This document shows positions 41,262-51,296 of a stretch of 64,000 nt of DNA, one piece after another (within the stretch, counting starts at the first letter, position 1; each line of letters opens with the position of its first letter). The notes under the pieces were generated by a model. That model did not search any database. It was not told the origin of the DNA and saw only the letters and a program-made list of their open reading frames with translations. The stretch comes from Acidobacteriota bacterium (lineage in GTDB: Bacteria > Acidobacteriota > Vicinamibacteria > Vicinamibacterales > UBA2999): the NCBI GenBank assembly GCA_031376505.1, contig JANMDX010000282.1, positions 9,536 to 73,535 on the forward strand, read 5' to 3'. A program made the position numbers and the translations under genes.

Positions 41262-42910
41262 GCGCCAATCATCGGCAGGTTGAGCCGATGCTCGCGCGCA
41301 CACGCAACGGCGTCGTCGTAGCCCGCGTCGGCGTGGCGCATCACGCCCGTGGCCGGGTCGTTCCACAACACGCGCGCCAGTCGCGCATCCGCCTCGGCGG
41401 TGCCGTCGCATACGACCACCATGCCGCTGTGCTGCGAAAAGCCCATGCCGACGCCGCCGCCGTGGTGTAACGACACCCACGTGGCGCCCGACGCGCAGTT
41501 GAGCAGCGCATTCAGCAGCGGCCAGTCCGATACCGCGTCCGACCCGTCGCGCATCGCTTCGGTCTCGCGATTGGGCGACGCCACCGATCCCGAATCCAGA
41601 TGGTCGCGGCCGATCACGATTGGCGCAGAGAGCGCGCCCGACCGCACCATCGCATTGAACGCCAGGCCGAGACGGTGCCGATCGCCGAGCCCTACCCAGC
41701 AGATCCTGGCCGGCAGGCCCTGGAACTGGATGCGCGCGCGCGCCATGTCGAGCCACTGATGCAGGTGCGCGTCGTCCGGCATGAGCGCCTTCACCACGGC
41801 GTCGGTCTTGTGGATGTCGTCGGGGTCGCCAGACAACGCCGCCCACCGGAACGGCCCGACGCCCCGGCAGAAGAGGGGACGGACGTAGGCCGGCACGAAA
41901 CCCGGGAAGTCGAACGCGCGGGCCACGCCCTCGTCCTTGGCCATCTGCCGGAGGTTGTTGCCGTAGTCGAAGGTGGGCACGCCGGCGTCCTTGAACGCAA
42001 GCATCGCCCTCACCTGCACGGCCATCGACCGCTTGGCGGCCTTCGCCGTGCCGGCCGGGTCACTGACGCGCCGCTCGAGCCACTGCTCCACCGTCCACCC
42101 CTGTGGCAGATAGCCGTTGACCGGGTCGTGGGCGGAGGTCTGGTCGGTCACTGCACCTGGACACACGCCCCGCCGGGCCAGCTCCGTGAACACGTCGGCG
42201 GCGTTGCCGAGCAGGGCAATTGACCGCGGGTGCGCCGCCTGACAGCTCTCGTCGATCATCGCGAGCGCCTCGTCGAGCGAAGCCGCCTGCGCATCGACGT
42301 ACCGTGTTCGTAGGCGCATGTCGATGCGGCTCTGCTGACATTCCACCGCCAGGCACGAAGCGCCGGCCATGGTGGCCGCCAGCGGCTGCGCGCCGCCCAT
42401 GCCGCCGAGCCCGGCGGTCAGAATCCAGTGGCCGGCAAGCGACCCGGCGTAGTGCTGACGTCCCATCTCGACAAACGTCTCGTAGGTGCCTTGCACGATG
42501 CCCTGACTCCCGATGTAGATCCAGGAGCCGGCCGTCATCTGGCCGTACATCATGAGGCCCAGCCGGTCGAGCGCGTGGAAGTGCTCCCAGGTGGCCCAAT
42601 GCGGCACCAGGTTCGAGTTGGCGATGAGCACGCGAGGGGCATCGCGATGGGTCTGGAACACACCAACGGGCTTGCCCGACTGCACGAGCAGCGTCTGATC
42701 GTCGTCGAGCACCGTGAGCGACGAGACGATGCGGTCGTAGCAGTCCCAGTTGCGCGCCGCACGGCCGATGCCGCCGTAGACCACGAGATCCTCGGGACGC
42801 TCAGCCACCTCGGGATCGAGGTTGTTCATCAACATGCGCAGCGGCGCCTCGGTCAGCCAGCTCTTCGCGGTTCGGGTCGTGCCGCGGGCGGCACGGATGA
42901 TTCGGCTCAT
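41258..42910 (-). CDS. hutU: urocanate hydratase
   Basis: [46 protein letters not shown]. Confidence 0.97.
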   Translation of the reverse strand: MSRIIRAARGTTRTAKSWLTEAPLRMLMNNLDPEVAERPEDLVVYGGIGRAARNWDCYDRIVSSLTVLDDDQTLLVQSGKPVGVFQTHRDAPRVLIANSNLVPHWATWEHFHALDRLGLMMYGQMTAGSWIYIGSQGIVQGTYETFVEMGRQHYAGSLAGHWILTAGLGGMGGAQPLAATMAGASCLAVECQQSRIDMRLRTRYVDAQAASLDEALAMIDESCQAAHPRSIALLGNAADVFTELARRGVCPGAVTDQTSAHDPVNGYLPQGWTVEQWLERRVSDPAGTAKAAKRSMAVQVRAMLAFKDAGVPTFDYGNNLRQMAKDEGVARAFDFPGFVPAYVRPLFCRGVGPFRWAALSGDPDDIHKTDAVVKALMPDDAHLHQWLDMARARIQFQGLPARICWVGLGDRHRLGLAFNAMVRSGALSAPIVIGRDHLDSGSVASPNRETEAMRDGSDAVSDWPLLNALLNCASGATWVSLHHGGGVGMGFSQHSGMVVVCDGTAEADARLARVLWNDPATGVMRHADAGYDDAVACAREHRLNLPMIGA

Positions 42911-43758
42911 AGCACTCCTTTCGCGGGTCCCAGTGACGCCTCGGCCGCAAAGGCCATGGCGCCCTCGAGAATCGCGTGCAGCGTCGCGCGCAGCCGGGCC
43001 GCCTCCGCCTCGATGTACGGCGACGGCCAGTTCTCCGGCGTGGCGGCCCCCTCAGGTTCGCGCATGTATCCGCGACAGGCCAGCTCCATCTGCAGGGCAT
43101 GCACGCCGTCGGCGGGTCGGCCGTAGTGACGCGTGATGTAGCCGCCCTTGAACCGCCCGTTCGTCACACGCGGCTGACCAGACGAGTGACACAGCGACTC
43201 GACCTTCCGCGTCAACGCAGTCGCGCAACTGCGTCCCTCGTTGGTGCCGATGTTCCACTGCGGCAGGAGGCCCTCGAAGAGCCGCGGGATCAGCGAGCGG
43301 ATCGCGTGGCCGTCGTAGAGCACCACGTGAGCATGGTGGGCGCGCAGCCGCATCAGTTCGCTCGCAAGGGCTGCGTGATAGGGCTCGAAGTAGCGGGTCC
43401 GGCGCGCGGTGATCTCGTCGGCACTGGGCTCACCGCCTGGCACGTAGAGTGCTTCGCCATCGAAGGTGTCGACCGGGCAGAGCGCGGTCGTGGCCTGGCC
43501 CGGATACAGTGACACGCCACTGGGGTCGCGATTCACGTCGATCACCGTCCGCGAGATGGTCGTGCGGACCACCGTCGCGCCAAGATCGGCGGCGAAGTCA
43601 TAGAGACGGTCGAGATACCAGTCGGCATCCTTGCGCCCCCGCCACGGCGACACGAGTCGCGAGTCGAAGCCCGGCGGGAACTGCGTGCCGGTATGCGGCA
43701 GACTGACGACCAGGGCCGCATCGCCGCGCGTCACGCTGAGCCAGTCGCTGATGGTCAT
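42907..43758 (-). CDS. hutG: N-formylglutamate deformylase
   Basis: [42 protein letters not shown]. Confidence 0.92.
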   Translation of the reverse strand: MTISDWLSVTRGDAALVVSLPHTGTQFPPGFDSRLVSPWRGRKDADWYLDRLYDFAADLGATVVRTTISRTVIDVNRDPSGVSLYPGQATTALCPVDTFDGEALYVPGGEPSADEITARRTRYFEPYHAALASELMRLRAHHAHVVLYDGHAIRSLIPRLFEGLLPQWNIGTNEGRSCATALTRKVESLCHSSGQPRVTNGRFKGGYITRHYGRPADGVHALQMELACRGYMREPEGAATPENWPSPYIEAEAARLRATLHAILEGAMAFAAEASLGPAKGVL

Positions 43759-43760
43759 GG

Positions 43761-45320
43761 TCAGCCCTGCTGTGACGACCCGACGAGTGCGGGCATCAGA
43801 TCGGCGCCGGCCGCCTCGGTCAGGCGGCCCGACTGCACCAGATCCGTCGCCAGGCGGATATCGTCGGCCAAGTACCGGTCGTGGTCAAGCGGCGGCACGT
43901 CTGCACGCAGCAATGCAATGGCGCGCTCCAACCGGTCGCTCGATCTGAGCGGCGCGTGAAAGCCGCAGCCTTGCGCCGCGGCGATGAGCTCGATGCCAAT
44001 CACGTAGGCGGCGTTGGCCGCCATCGGCTGCAGACGGCGCGCGCCGTGCGCGGCCATCGACACGTGATCCTCCTGATTGGCCGACGTGGGAATCGAATCC
44101 ACGCTGGCCGGATAGGCTCGCTGCTTGTTCTCGGAGACAAGCGCCGCGGCCGTCACTTGCGGAATCATCAAGCCGGAGTTCAACCCGGGATTGGGCGTCA
44201 GGAACGCCGGCAGACCCGACAGCGCCGAGTCGACCAGCATCGCGAGGCGCCGCTCGGCAATCGAGCCGATCTCGCAGATTGCCAGCGCGATGATGTCGGC
44301 GGCAAACGCCACCGGCTGCGCGTGGAAATTGCCGCCCGAAATCACCTCGCCCGTGTCTGGGAATACGAGCGGGTTGTCGGACACACCGTTAGCCTCGATG
44401 GCCAGGGTGCCGGCGGCCTGGCGCAGCAAGTCGAGGCACGCGCCCATCACCTGCGGCTGGCACCGCAAACAGTAGGGATCCTGCACGCGCGCGTCGCCGA
44501 CAAGATGTGACTGGCGAATCGCGCTGCCGCGCATCAACTGCGCGAGCGCGGCGGCAACAGCAACCTGGCCTGGTTGCCCGCGCAGCCGTTGGATGCGCGC
44601 GTCAAACGGACCGTCCGACCCTTTGGCAGCGTCGGTCGTGAGAGCGCCGGTGACGAGCGCGGCCTGGAACACGCGCTCCGCGTCGAACAGCCCTGCCAGC
44701 GCCAGGGCGGTGGAGACCTGCGTGCCGTTCAGCAGCGCCAGCCCCTCTTTGGGGCCGAGCACGAGCGGCGCCAGCCCGGCTCCAGCAAGGGCCTGTGCGG
44801 CCGGCACGCGTTGTCCGTTCACCGTGAACTCGCCCACCCCGAGCAAGGCGGCCGACATGTGCGCCAGCGGCGCCAGATCGCCGGACGCGCCGACGGACCC
44901 CTGGCCCGGCACGATCGGCACCAGCCCCCGGTCCAGGCACGCGGCGAGGTGTTGCAGGGTCGCCCACCGTACCCCCGACGCGCCTTGCGCCAGACTGGCC
45001 AGCTTCAGCGCCATCATCAGGCGGGTCACGGGTACCGGCAGCGGATCGCCCACGCCGGCGCAGTGCGAGAGCACGATATTACGCTGCAGCGTGGCGAGGT
45101 CCTCGGTGTCGATGCGCACCGAGGCCAGCTTGCCGAAGCCGGTATTTACCCCGTAAACAGGCACTCCGGCAGCCACCATGCGGTCGATGACGCGGGCACC
45201 CGCTTCCACCTGGGGACGGCAGGCGGCGTCGAGCACGACGCCGGCCCCGAAATAGACTGCCCGCCAGCTGGCCAGCGAGACCGCTCCAGCACGCAGGAGC
45301 TCGGCGGCGTGTTCCATCAT
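43761..45320 (-). CDS. hutH: histidine ammonia-lyase
   Basis: [20 protein letters not shown] (MIO), [24 protein letters not shown]. Confidence 0.96.
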   Translation of the reverse strand: MMEHAAELLRAGAVSLASWRAVYFGAGVVLDAACRPQVEAGARVIDRMVAAGVPVYGVNTGFGKLASVRIDTEDLATLQRNIVLSHCAGVGDPLPVPVTRLMMALKLASLAQGASGVRWATLQHLAACLDRGLVPIVPGQGSVGASGDLAPLAHMSAALLGVGEFTVNGQRVPAAQALAGAGLAPLVLGPKEGLALLNGTQVSTALALAGLFDAERVFQAALVTGALTTDAAKGSDGPFDARIQRLRGQPGQVAVAAALAQLMRGSAIRQSHLVGDARVQDPYCLRCQPQVMGACLDLLRQAAGTLAIEANGVSDNPLVFPDTGEVISGGNFHAQPVAFAADIIALAICEIGSIAERRLAMLVDSALSGLPAFLTPNPGLNSGLMIPQVTAAALVSENKQRAYPASVDSIPTSANQEDHVSMAAHGARRLQPMAANAAYVIGIELIAAAQGCGFHAPLRSSDRLERAIALLRADVPPLDHDRYLADDIRLATDLVQSGRLTEAAGADLMPALVGSSQQG

Positions 45321-45348
45321 CGCATCCTACGCTATGCTTGAAGGCCCG

Positions 45349-46119
45349 ATGCTACCAGCCATTACTTCGCTCCTCAGCCTGCAGGATTTGGAAACCCGGG
45401 CCGAGGACGCGCGGCGGCGTCTCGCCGATGCCCCGGTGCGAATCGAAGCTCTCGACGCGAAGCTGGCCGACGCCACGCAGGCGCTCGAGAAAGCCAAGGC
45501 CGCGCTGGCCGTGGCACGGGCCGCCAAACAGGAACTCGAGAAGGAAGCCTCGGTTGCCCAGCAGCGTGTCTCGAAATACAAAGAGCAGCTGATGCAGGCC
45601 AAGGACAACAAGCAGTTCCACGCCCTGCAGCACGAGATCAGTACGTTTTCGGCCGAAGTGGAACGCATCGAGGGCATCGAGCTCGAACGGATGCTCGAGA
45701 TCGACGAGCGCGCCGCCGTGGCGAAAGCGGCCGAAGGCACGCTGGCCGCCGACAAGAAGAGCGTGGCGGCCCAGAAGTCCGCCATCACGGCCGATGCCGC
45801 CGCCGTGAAGGACGCCTTGGCGACGCTGCTGGCCGACCGTGCCGACCTCGTGAAGACGATCGAGCCGCGCCTGCTCGCCACCTTCGAGCAAGTGGCCAAG
45901 GGCCGCAAGGGCCTCGGCATCGCGCGCGTCGTCGACGGCCTGTGCTCGGCCTGCCGCGTGCGCGTGCGGCCGCATCTCTACAATCAGATCCGCGCTGGCG
46001 ATCAGATTCTGCAGTGCGAGAGCTGCGTGCGCATCCTGTACTGGCTGCCCGAGCCCAAGGCACCCGAGGGGGAGACGCCCGCCGCACCAGACACGCCGTC
46101 AGCCCAGGCCGAGTCGTAG
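45349..46119 (+). CDS. coiled-coil C4-type zinc ribbon protein (DUF164-like)
   Basis: long coiled coil then CSAC...CESC.RILY; start at 45349 or 45334. Confidence 0.88.
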   Translation: MLPAITSLLSLQDLETRAEDARRRLADAPVRIEALDAKLADATQALEKAKAALAVARAAKQELEKEASVAQQRVSKYKEQLMQAKDNKQFHALQHEISTFSAEVERIEGIELERMLEIDERAAVAKAAEGTLAADKKSVAAQKSAITADAAAVKDALATLLADRADLVKTIEPRLLATFEQVAKGRKGLGIARVVDGLCSACRVRVRPHLYNQIRAGDQILQCESCVRILYWLPEPKAPEGETPAAPDTPSAQAES

Positions 46120-46200
46120 TGGGCCCCGCCACGTCCTGCCGCCTGCGCTTCGCTCGCTGAGCCGTCTGGTGGTCACCGCGGCCACGAAGGAGAGCATGTG

Positions 46201-46797
46201 ATGTGGCACTTCTGGCGAGCCGAACCGACGGATCCGGCGTCCGTGCTGGTATTCGTGGCTGGCGGATTGTGCTTCTTCGTCGCGCTGATTGCGGTGCGCT
46301 TGCGGCGCGCCCCGGCCGGCGTGGGAGACCGACGAAGCATGCGGTCGATGCTCGGGGTTGGGGTTCAGTGCATCGCAATCTCCCTGGTTGGCGGGCCGAT
46401 TGAGGCAGACGGCCCGATGGTCCCTCTGGCCAACGCGCCCCACACGCTGGCCGTGGCCGTCGGGATGGCTGCAGCCGTCGCCCTGTTTGCCTGGTCGGCG
46501 TACGCGATGGGTCGCAACTGGGCCATCGTGGCACGCACGCGCGCCGGCCACGAGCTCGTCACCGGCGGCCCGTTCGCCTGGGTGCGCAACCCGATCTATG
46601 TGGCGATGGCGTTCTTCATGCTGAGCATGGCCCTGGCCACCGGACACACGCGCCAGCTCATTCCCGCCAGCCCTCTGTTTGTCATTGGCACGTTGATTCG
46701 AACGACCGAAGAGGAGCGACTGCTCCGCGCCCACTTCGGGCATGCCTATGACGAATACGCCGCTCGCGTGAAGCGATTCGTGCCGTGGGTGGTCTAG
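46201..46797 (+). CDS. isoprenylcysteine carboxylmethyltransferase (ICMT/PEMT) family membrane protein
   Basis: HELVTGGPFAWVRNPIY, EERLL..HFG..YDEY. Confidence 0.85.
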   Translation: MWHFWRAEPTDPASVLVFVAGGLCFFVALIAVRLRRAPAGVGDRRSMRSMLGVGVQCIAISLVGGPIEADGPMVPLANAPHTLAVAVGMAAAVALFAWSAYAMGRNWAIVARTRAGHELVTGGPFAWVRNPIYVAMAFFMLSMALATGHTRQLIPASPLFVIGTLIRTTEEERLLRAHFGHAYDEYAARVKRFVPWVV

Positions 46798-46851
46798 CCA
46801 CCCAGCGCTGAACGAGCCGGCGATGAACGCCTCGCGGCCGACATCAGGCGG

Positions 46852-48561
46852 CTACTTCCTTTCGGTCGAGAGCAGACGTTCGAGGGCCGCCAGGCGCGCC
46901 GTGAGATCGTCGATGCGGCGATACTGTTTCTGCAGCTCGTTCAGCATCATGGCGTTGATCTTGTGGTACTGCACCGTCTCGACGTCGCCGTTGGGCAGGT
47001 GCACCACGACGTCCGGGTAGACCGCCTCCACTTCCTCGGCGATGAGCCCGTAGTCGATCGGCTTGCTGCCGTCGCCGAAGGCCTGCTGATAGCGGTACGT
47101 GACCGGACGCAGTTGCATGAGCCCGCTGCTGGCGTCGCCCATGTCGTGGATGTCTTCCTTGTAGCGACGGGACGAGTTGACCGTGCCCAACTGGCCATTG
47201 GAATCGATCATGACGGTCACCGCGTTGGCCTGGCCCGTGGTGACGCCGCGGACGGCGCCGGCAAAGAACCTGGAGTAGACGCCGGAGTCGCCCACCCGAA
47301 TGGTGGCGCTCTCGATGCCGACGCTGGCGCCAACGTTGTACCCGAGGTACATGTTGGCGTCGCCGCTCACCTGGGACTGGCCAGTATGGGCGCCAAGACC
47401 GATGTTGTTGTTGCCCGGCGAGTTGAAGAACGACGCGTAGCCGACCGCCGTGTTCTCGTTGCCGTTGCCGGCAAACAGGCTCGTGCGGCCCATCGACACG
47501 TTCTGAGATCCCGTCGTCATCGCCGCCTGCGCGGCCTCGCCGACGGCGGTGTTGTCCGTGCCGGACGAGACCTGATACAGGGCGAAGAGCCCGGCGCCGG
47601 TGTTGCGGGTGCCCCGGTTGTGCAGGAAGAGCGTCGTGTTCTTGCGGAAGCTTCCGGACATCTCGACGTCGCCGTCGCTGCGCACCTGGAACCGCGACAC
47701 GCTGCCCAGCATGAAGTTGATGGAGCCAGCAGAGGCGATGTTGTTGATCCGGTACTCGTGCGAGGAGTTGTTGAACCCCTGGAACTGGGCCAGCGCGCCG
47801 TTCTGGTCGTAAAAGAGCATGCCGGAGTACGAGGTCGAGCTGTTGCCGAGGTTCTGGACCGCAAACCCGGTCTGGGTTCCGGCCGTTTCAGTGAAGGTCG
47901 AATGCAGGAAATCGAGCGGCGTCGTGGTGCCGAGGCCGATCTTGCCGGAGTTCTCGAAGAGCACCGAGCTGGTCAAGTCCGCCGAGTTCACGAACTTGCC
48001 TATGTAGTTCGGCGTGCCCGTACTGATGCTCGGTGCCACGATGCGCGCCGCCGCAGGCGCGTTGTCGTCAGCCGCGGTCGACTCTGCGCCCTGCGTCGTG
48101 CCGTCCGCGCGAAGGAACGCCGACGGCGGCAGTCCGCCCAGGGTATCGGCGTCTGACGCCCGCAGCGCATACGGCACGCTCGTCAACAGCACACGCGGTT
48201 GTTCCCCCTCCCCCGGCCGCGAAAAGCGAATGCCCAGCCATCGCGTTTCACCCGGGGCGAACAGGCCGATTGGAAGGCCCTCGGCGCTCGTGGCCCCCAG
48301 AAAGACTGCGAAACGGCCCTGGGCGTCCAGGCGCACTTGCTGCGTTTCCTCCCAGAGCGGCGTCTCACTCGACTGAGACGAATAGATCAACAGCGTCACC
48401 ACCTCCGCCGCCTCGAGCGGCAGGCCGTTGGCTGGCACGAACTGGCCATCGACCCGCACCACCCGGGGCACCGAGGCCGCGGGAGGCTGCTGCCCGTACA
48501 CCACCGGCGACAACGTGAAGCACAGAAGCCAGGCAACGACACAACATCTCACGCGCGACAT
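46852..48561 (-). CDS. secreted fibre-like protein with C-terminal peptidase S74 intramolecular chaperone
   Basis: signal peptide; SVPYALRA.DADTLGG motif; Gly/Asn-rich NTAVG repeats; SSRRYKEDI, LRPVTY, YGLIAEEV, C-terminal coiled coil; AGGAG SD. Confidence 0.85.
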   Translation of the reverse strand: MSRVRCCVVAWLLCFTLSPVVYGQQPPAASVPRVVRVDGQFVPANGLPLEAAEVVTLLIYSSQSSETPLWEETQQVRLDAQGRFAVFLGATSAEGLPIGLFAPGETRWLGIRFSRPGEGEQPRVLLTSVPYALRASDADTLGGLPPSAFLRADGTTQGAESTAADDNAPAAARIVAPSISTGTPNYIGKFVNSADLTSSVLFENSGKIGLGTTTPLDFLHSTFTETAGTQTGFAVQNLGNSSTSYSGMLFYDQNGALAQFQGFNNSSHEYRINNIASAGSINFMLGSVSRFQVRSDGDVEMSGSFRKNTTLFLHNRGTRNTGAGLFALYQVSSGTDNTAVGEAAQAAMTTGSQNVSMGRTSLFAGNGNENTAVGYASFFNSPGNNNIGLGAHTGQSQVSGDANMYLGYNVGASVGIESATIRVGDSGVYSRFFAGAVRGVTTGQANAVTVMIDSNGQLGTVNSSRRYKEDIHDMGDASSGLMQLRPVTYRYQQAFGDGSKPIDYGLIAEEVEAVYPDVVVHLPNGDVETVQYHKINAMMLNELQKQYRRIDDLTARLAALERLLSTERK

Positions 48562-48817
48562 AGGTCTCCTCCGCAACCGGCGCTGTGGTCCCGACGTCTT
48601 CGGGTTCAGAGCCGGTCACTAGACAAGAACGCGCAAGGCAGCCAGAAATCGGACCATTGGGGTCGGTCCCGCGGGATCCGGGCCTGCGAACCGACCACAT
48701 CCGACGGCGGGTGAAGACTCTGCGATGACCGCAGCCATACGGCCGGACCGGTGCGACCCGGTGTCACGAAGGCGCCAGGGGGTACCCGCTGCCACGGCCT
48801 GCGCGACTCGGCAGCCG

Positions 48818-49885
48818 TCACTCGGCGATGCCAAGCATGCGGACCAGGTTCCCGCCGAGGATCGCGGTCTTGTCCGCATCGCTCAAACCCGGAGTGTTCA
48901 GGATGTGATCGCACGACGTCGTCGTCCACGGGAACGGATAGTCAGTGCCCATCACAATCTGGCTCGATCCGTACTCGGCCACCAGGTGGCGCAGGCCCTC
49001 CGAGGAGAACACCATCGAGTCGAAGTAGAGCTGCTCGAGATACTCGCTCGGCTTCTTCGTGAGCGTCTTGGTGCAGTTCTGGGGAAACGCCACGCATCCC
49101 TGGTCGAAGCGGCCGCGGTACGACGGCATGAACCCTCCAGCGTGAGCCCCGCAGAACTTCAGGCCGGGAAACCGGTCGAGCGTCCCTTCGAAAATCAGGT
49201 GCGACAGCGCGATCGTCGACTCGAGCGGGTTGCCAATCACGTTGGTCAAGAACCCGTTGCCCTGCAGGCGCGAGGCCAGCTGCGGGACGCCCTGCGGGTG
49301 AATGAAGAGCAGCGCGCCCAGCTCCTCGGCCTTCTTCCAGAAGGGATCGAAACGCGGCGAGCCCAGTTCCTCGCCGTTGACGATGGCGCCGAGCGACGCG
49401 CCGCGCATCTTCAAGTTCGTGAACGCGTCCTCGAGCTGCTCGGCCGCCAGCTCGGGATACTGGAGCGCCACGGTGGCGAGGGCGACGAATCGGTCCGGTC
49501 GAACGGCGCAGAGCCTGGCCAGGCCCTGGTTCTGCGTGTCGATGATGCGCCGGGCCCACTCGCGGTCGGCGCCGTACCACCACGAGTTGATCGTCAGCAC
49601 TTCCACGTCGATGCCCTGTGCGTCCATGGCGCGCAGGCGCGCGTCGCTCATCGGCAGGTTGCCGGCGATCGACCCGGCCACGAGTCGCTCGAGGTCCGTG
49701 CCTTTCACGAGGTCCGCCACGGCGGGAATGAATGTGTGGGCGTGGGCATCGACCGTGCGCACGCGCCGGCCACCGACGACGATCTGACGGCGGCTGGACG
49801 CCGGCTGCAGCGCGTCCAGTCCCGCGCCCGCCAAGGCGACGCCCGCGCCCGCCAGATGACCCATGAATTGTCGGCGGCTCGGCAT
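48818..49885 (-). CDS. amidohydrolase family 2 protein, Tat-exported
   Basis: SRRQFM Tat motif, DAHAH, FIHP, AHAGG, MGTDYP; ATG at 49885. Confidence 0.88.
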   Translation of the reverse strand: MPSRRQFMGHLAGAGVALAGAGLDALQPASSRRQIVVGGRRVRTVDAHAHTFIPAVADLVKGTDLERLVAGSIAGNLPMSDARLRAMDAQGIDVEVLTINSWWYGADREWARRIIDTQNQGLARLCAVRPDRFVALATVALQYPELAAEQLEDAFTNLKMRGASLGAIVNGEELGSPRFDPFWKKAEELGALLFIHPQGVPQLASRLQGNGFLTNVIGNPLESTIALSHLIFEGTLDRFPGLKFCGAHAGGFMPSYRGRFDQGCVAFPQNCTKTLTKKPSEYLEQLYFDSMVFSSEGLRHLVAEYGSSQIVMGTDYPFPWTTTSCDHILNTPGLSDADKTAILGGNLVRMLGIAE

Positions 49886-49971
49886 GTGCGTCTCCTCTTC
49901 CGTGTGATGGAGCAGCGTCAGCATAGCCTGTCCCTGCCGCAGACTCGACTCACCCTCGAGATGTCATCGGG

Positions 49972-50763
49972 TCAGCGGTCAACCGGTCGTGCTGGCGCCA
50001 CGATGATCGCGGCCATGCGGCCAGCGCGATCGCCGTCCACGCGGAACGACTCGAGCACGTCCACATGGGTCTTGGTGCACAACCCCGCGACGTGCACACG
50101 CGAGCGCGGCACGCCGGCGCACACGAGCAGGTCGGCGTTGGCCTGCCACAAGTCGAGGCGAAGGCGGCCGGCCGGATCGCGCGTGAACCACGCGGCGCGG
50201 TCGACCGACGTGTGGCCGGCCTCGGTGAACGCGCCGAGGAGTTCCTCGCCGACCTCGTAGCAGCAGACGCCGATGCTCGGGCCAATGGCGGCCACGAGCG
50301 TGTCCGGCCGGACGTCGAACTCGCGCGTCATGGCCGCGACGGCGGCGCCGACGGCGTTGGCCGCCGTGCCGCGCCAGCCCGCATGCACCGCGGCCACAAC
50401 GCCGGCGCGGGGGTCTGCAAGCAGCACGGGCACGCAGTCGGCCGCCACAACCGCCACAGCGACGCCTGGCAGGTTGGTGACGACGGCATCGGCCTCGGGC
50501 ACTGGCCCGTCTCTGTCGCCGGCACGAACCACGTGCACCGCGGCGCCGTGCACCTGGCGCACGCGCGCCACTTGTGACACCTGACAGCCCACTGAGGCGG
50601 CGGCGCTGGCCCACGCGGCAGGCGCGACGTCCCCGGGGCGCAACCCCAGTTGCCTCGACGTAAACCCGTGGAGCGCCACGGCGTCGAGCGGGCCGCAGCG
50701 CAGCATCGGGCCCCAGGCCTCGTTCGTCCAGCGGAATCCCGTCGCCGGCGCGGGAAGGGTCAC
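49972..50763 (-). CDS. pgeF: peptidoglycan editing factor PgeF / YfiH family
   Basis: HGFTSR, QVHG, ADCVPVL, HAGWRG, GPSIG..CYEV, SFR; GTG at 50763 with GGAG SD. Confidence 0.9.
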   Translation of the reverse strand: MTLPAPATGFRWTNEAWGPMLRCGPLDAVALHGFTSRQLGLRPGDVAPAAWASAAASVGCQVSQVARVRQVHGAAVHVVRAGDRDGPVPEADAVVTNLPGVAVAVVAADCVPVLLADPRAGVVAAVHAGWRGTAANAVGAAVAAMTREFDVRPDTLVAAIGPSIGVCCYEVGEELLGAFTEAGHTSVDRAAWFTRDPAGRLRLDLWQANADLLVCAGVPRSRVHVAGLCTKTHVDVLESFRVDGDRAGRMAAIIVAPARPVDR

Positions 50764-50883
50764 CGCGCGTACTCCACGGTGCCGGACCCGGCGACAACCA
50801 CAGTTGACGTGTGGCGACGCATGCCCCTCTGGCGATTGGTCGCCTTGGCCGAAACCCTTGAGAAATCCATGGCCTGCGCCCCC

Positions 50884-50899
50884 TGGCACGCCCATTGAA
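50884..50899 (+). promoter_or_regulatory. putative sigma-54 -24/-12 promoter
   Basis: TGGCACG-CCCA-TTGAA versus consensus TGGCACG-N4-TTGC(A/T); one mismatch at -12. Confidence 0.45.
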
Positions 50900-50949
50900 G
50901 CAAGAGACGGCAGTCGCGCACTTCGTTTCCACGCGGCGGGAGCAAACCC

Positions 50950-51288
50950 ATGCTGGTCAAGATCACTCCAAACGACAAAGGCAGCCCGGTCGGCAAGCTG
51001 GCCGACGCCGAACTCCACTTCACCGACGGACCGCTGGCGGGTCTGAAGTTGTTGGGCTTCGCCGTGTGGGAACGGCGCAACGGCTCAGGCCGCAACGTCA
51101 CGTTCCCCTCGCGGCAGTACTCGGTCAACGGCGAGCGACGCAGTTTCGCCTTGCTGCGCGCGCTCACCGACGTGAAGGCGCAAGACCATGTGCGCGACGT
51201 GGTGCTCAGCGCCTACGCCAGGTTCGAGGCCGAAGCCATCGACGATCACGAGCCCGTCGCCGAAGACACCGCGGCCAGCCCCTATTAG
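50950..51288 (+). CDS. small SpoVG-like putative nucleic-acid-binding protein
   Basis: KLADAEL...GFAVWE...NVTFPSRQ recalls the SpoVG beta-sheet/MPSR pattern; GGGAG SD. Confidence 0.6.
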   Translation: MLVKITPNDKGSPVGKLADAELHFTDGPLAGLKLLGFAVWERRNGSGRNVTFPSRQYSVNGERRSFALLRALTDVKAQDHVRDVVLSAYARFEAEAIDDHEPVAEDTAASPY

Positions 51289-51296
51289 CGGCGCGG

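Noticed and set aside
46116-46132. gtgggccc..cca resembling the tRNA 3' end (possible attR)
   Set aside because: Only an 8-nt exact match in GC-rich DNA, which is chance level.
48562-48817. Long leader of the fibre gene checked for a c-di-GMP or other riboswitch
   Set aside because: No recognisable consensus.
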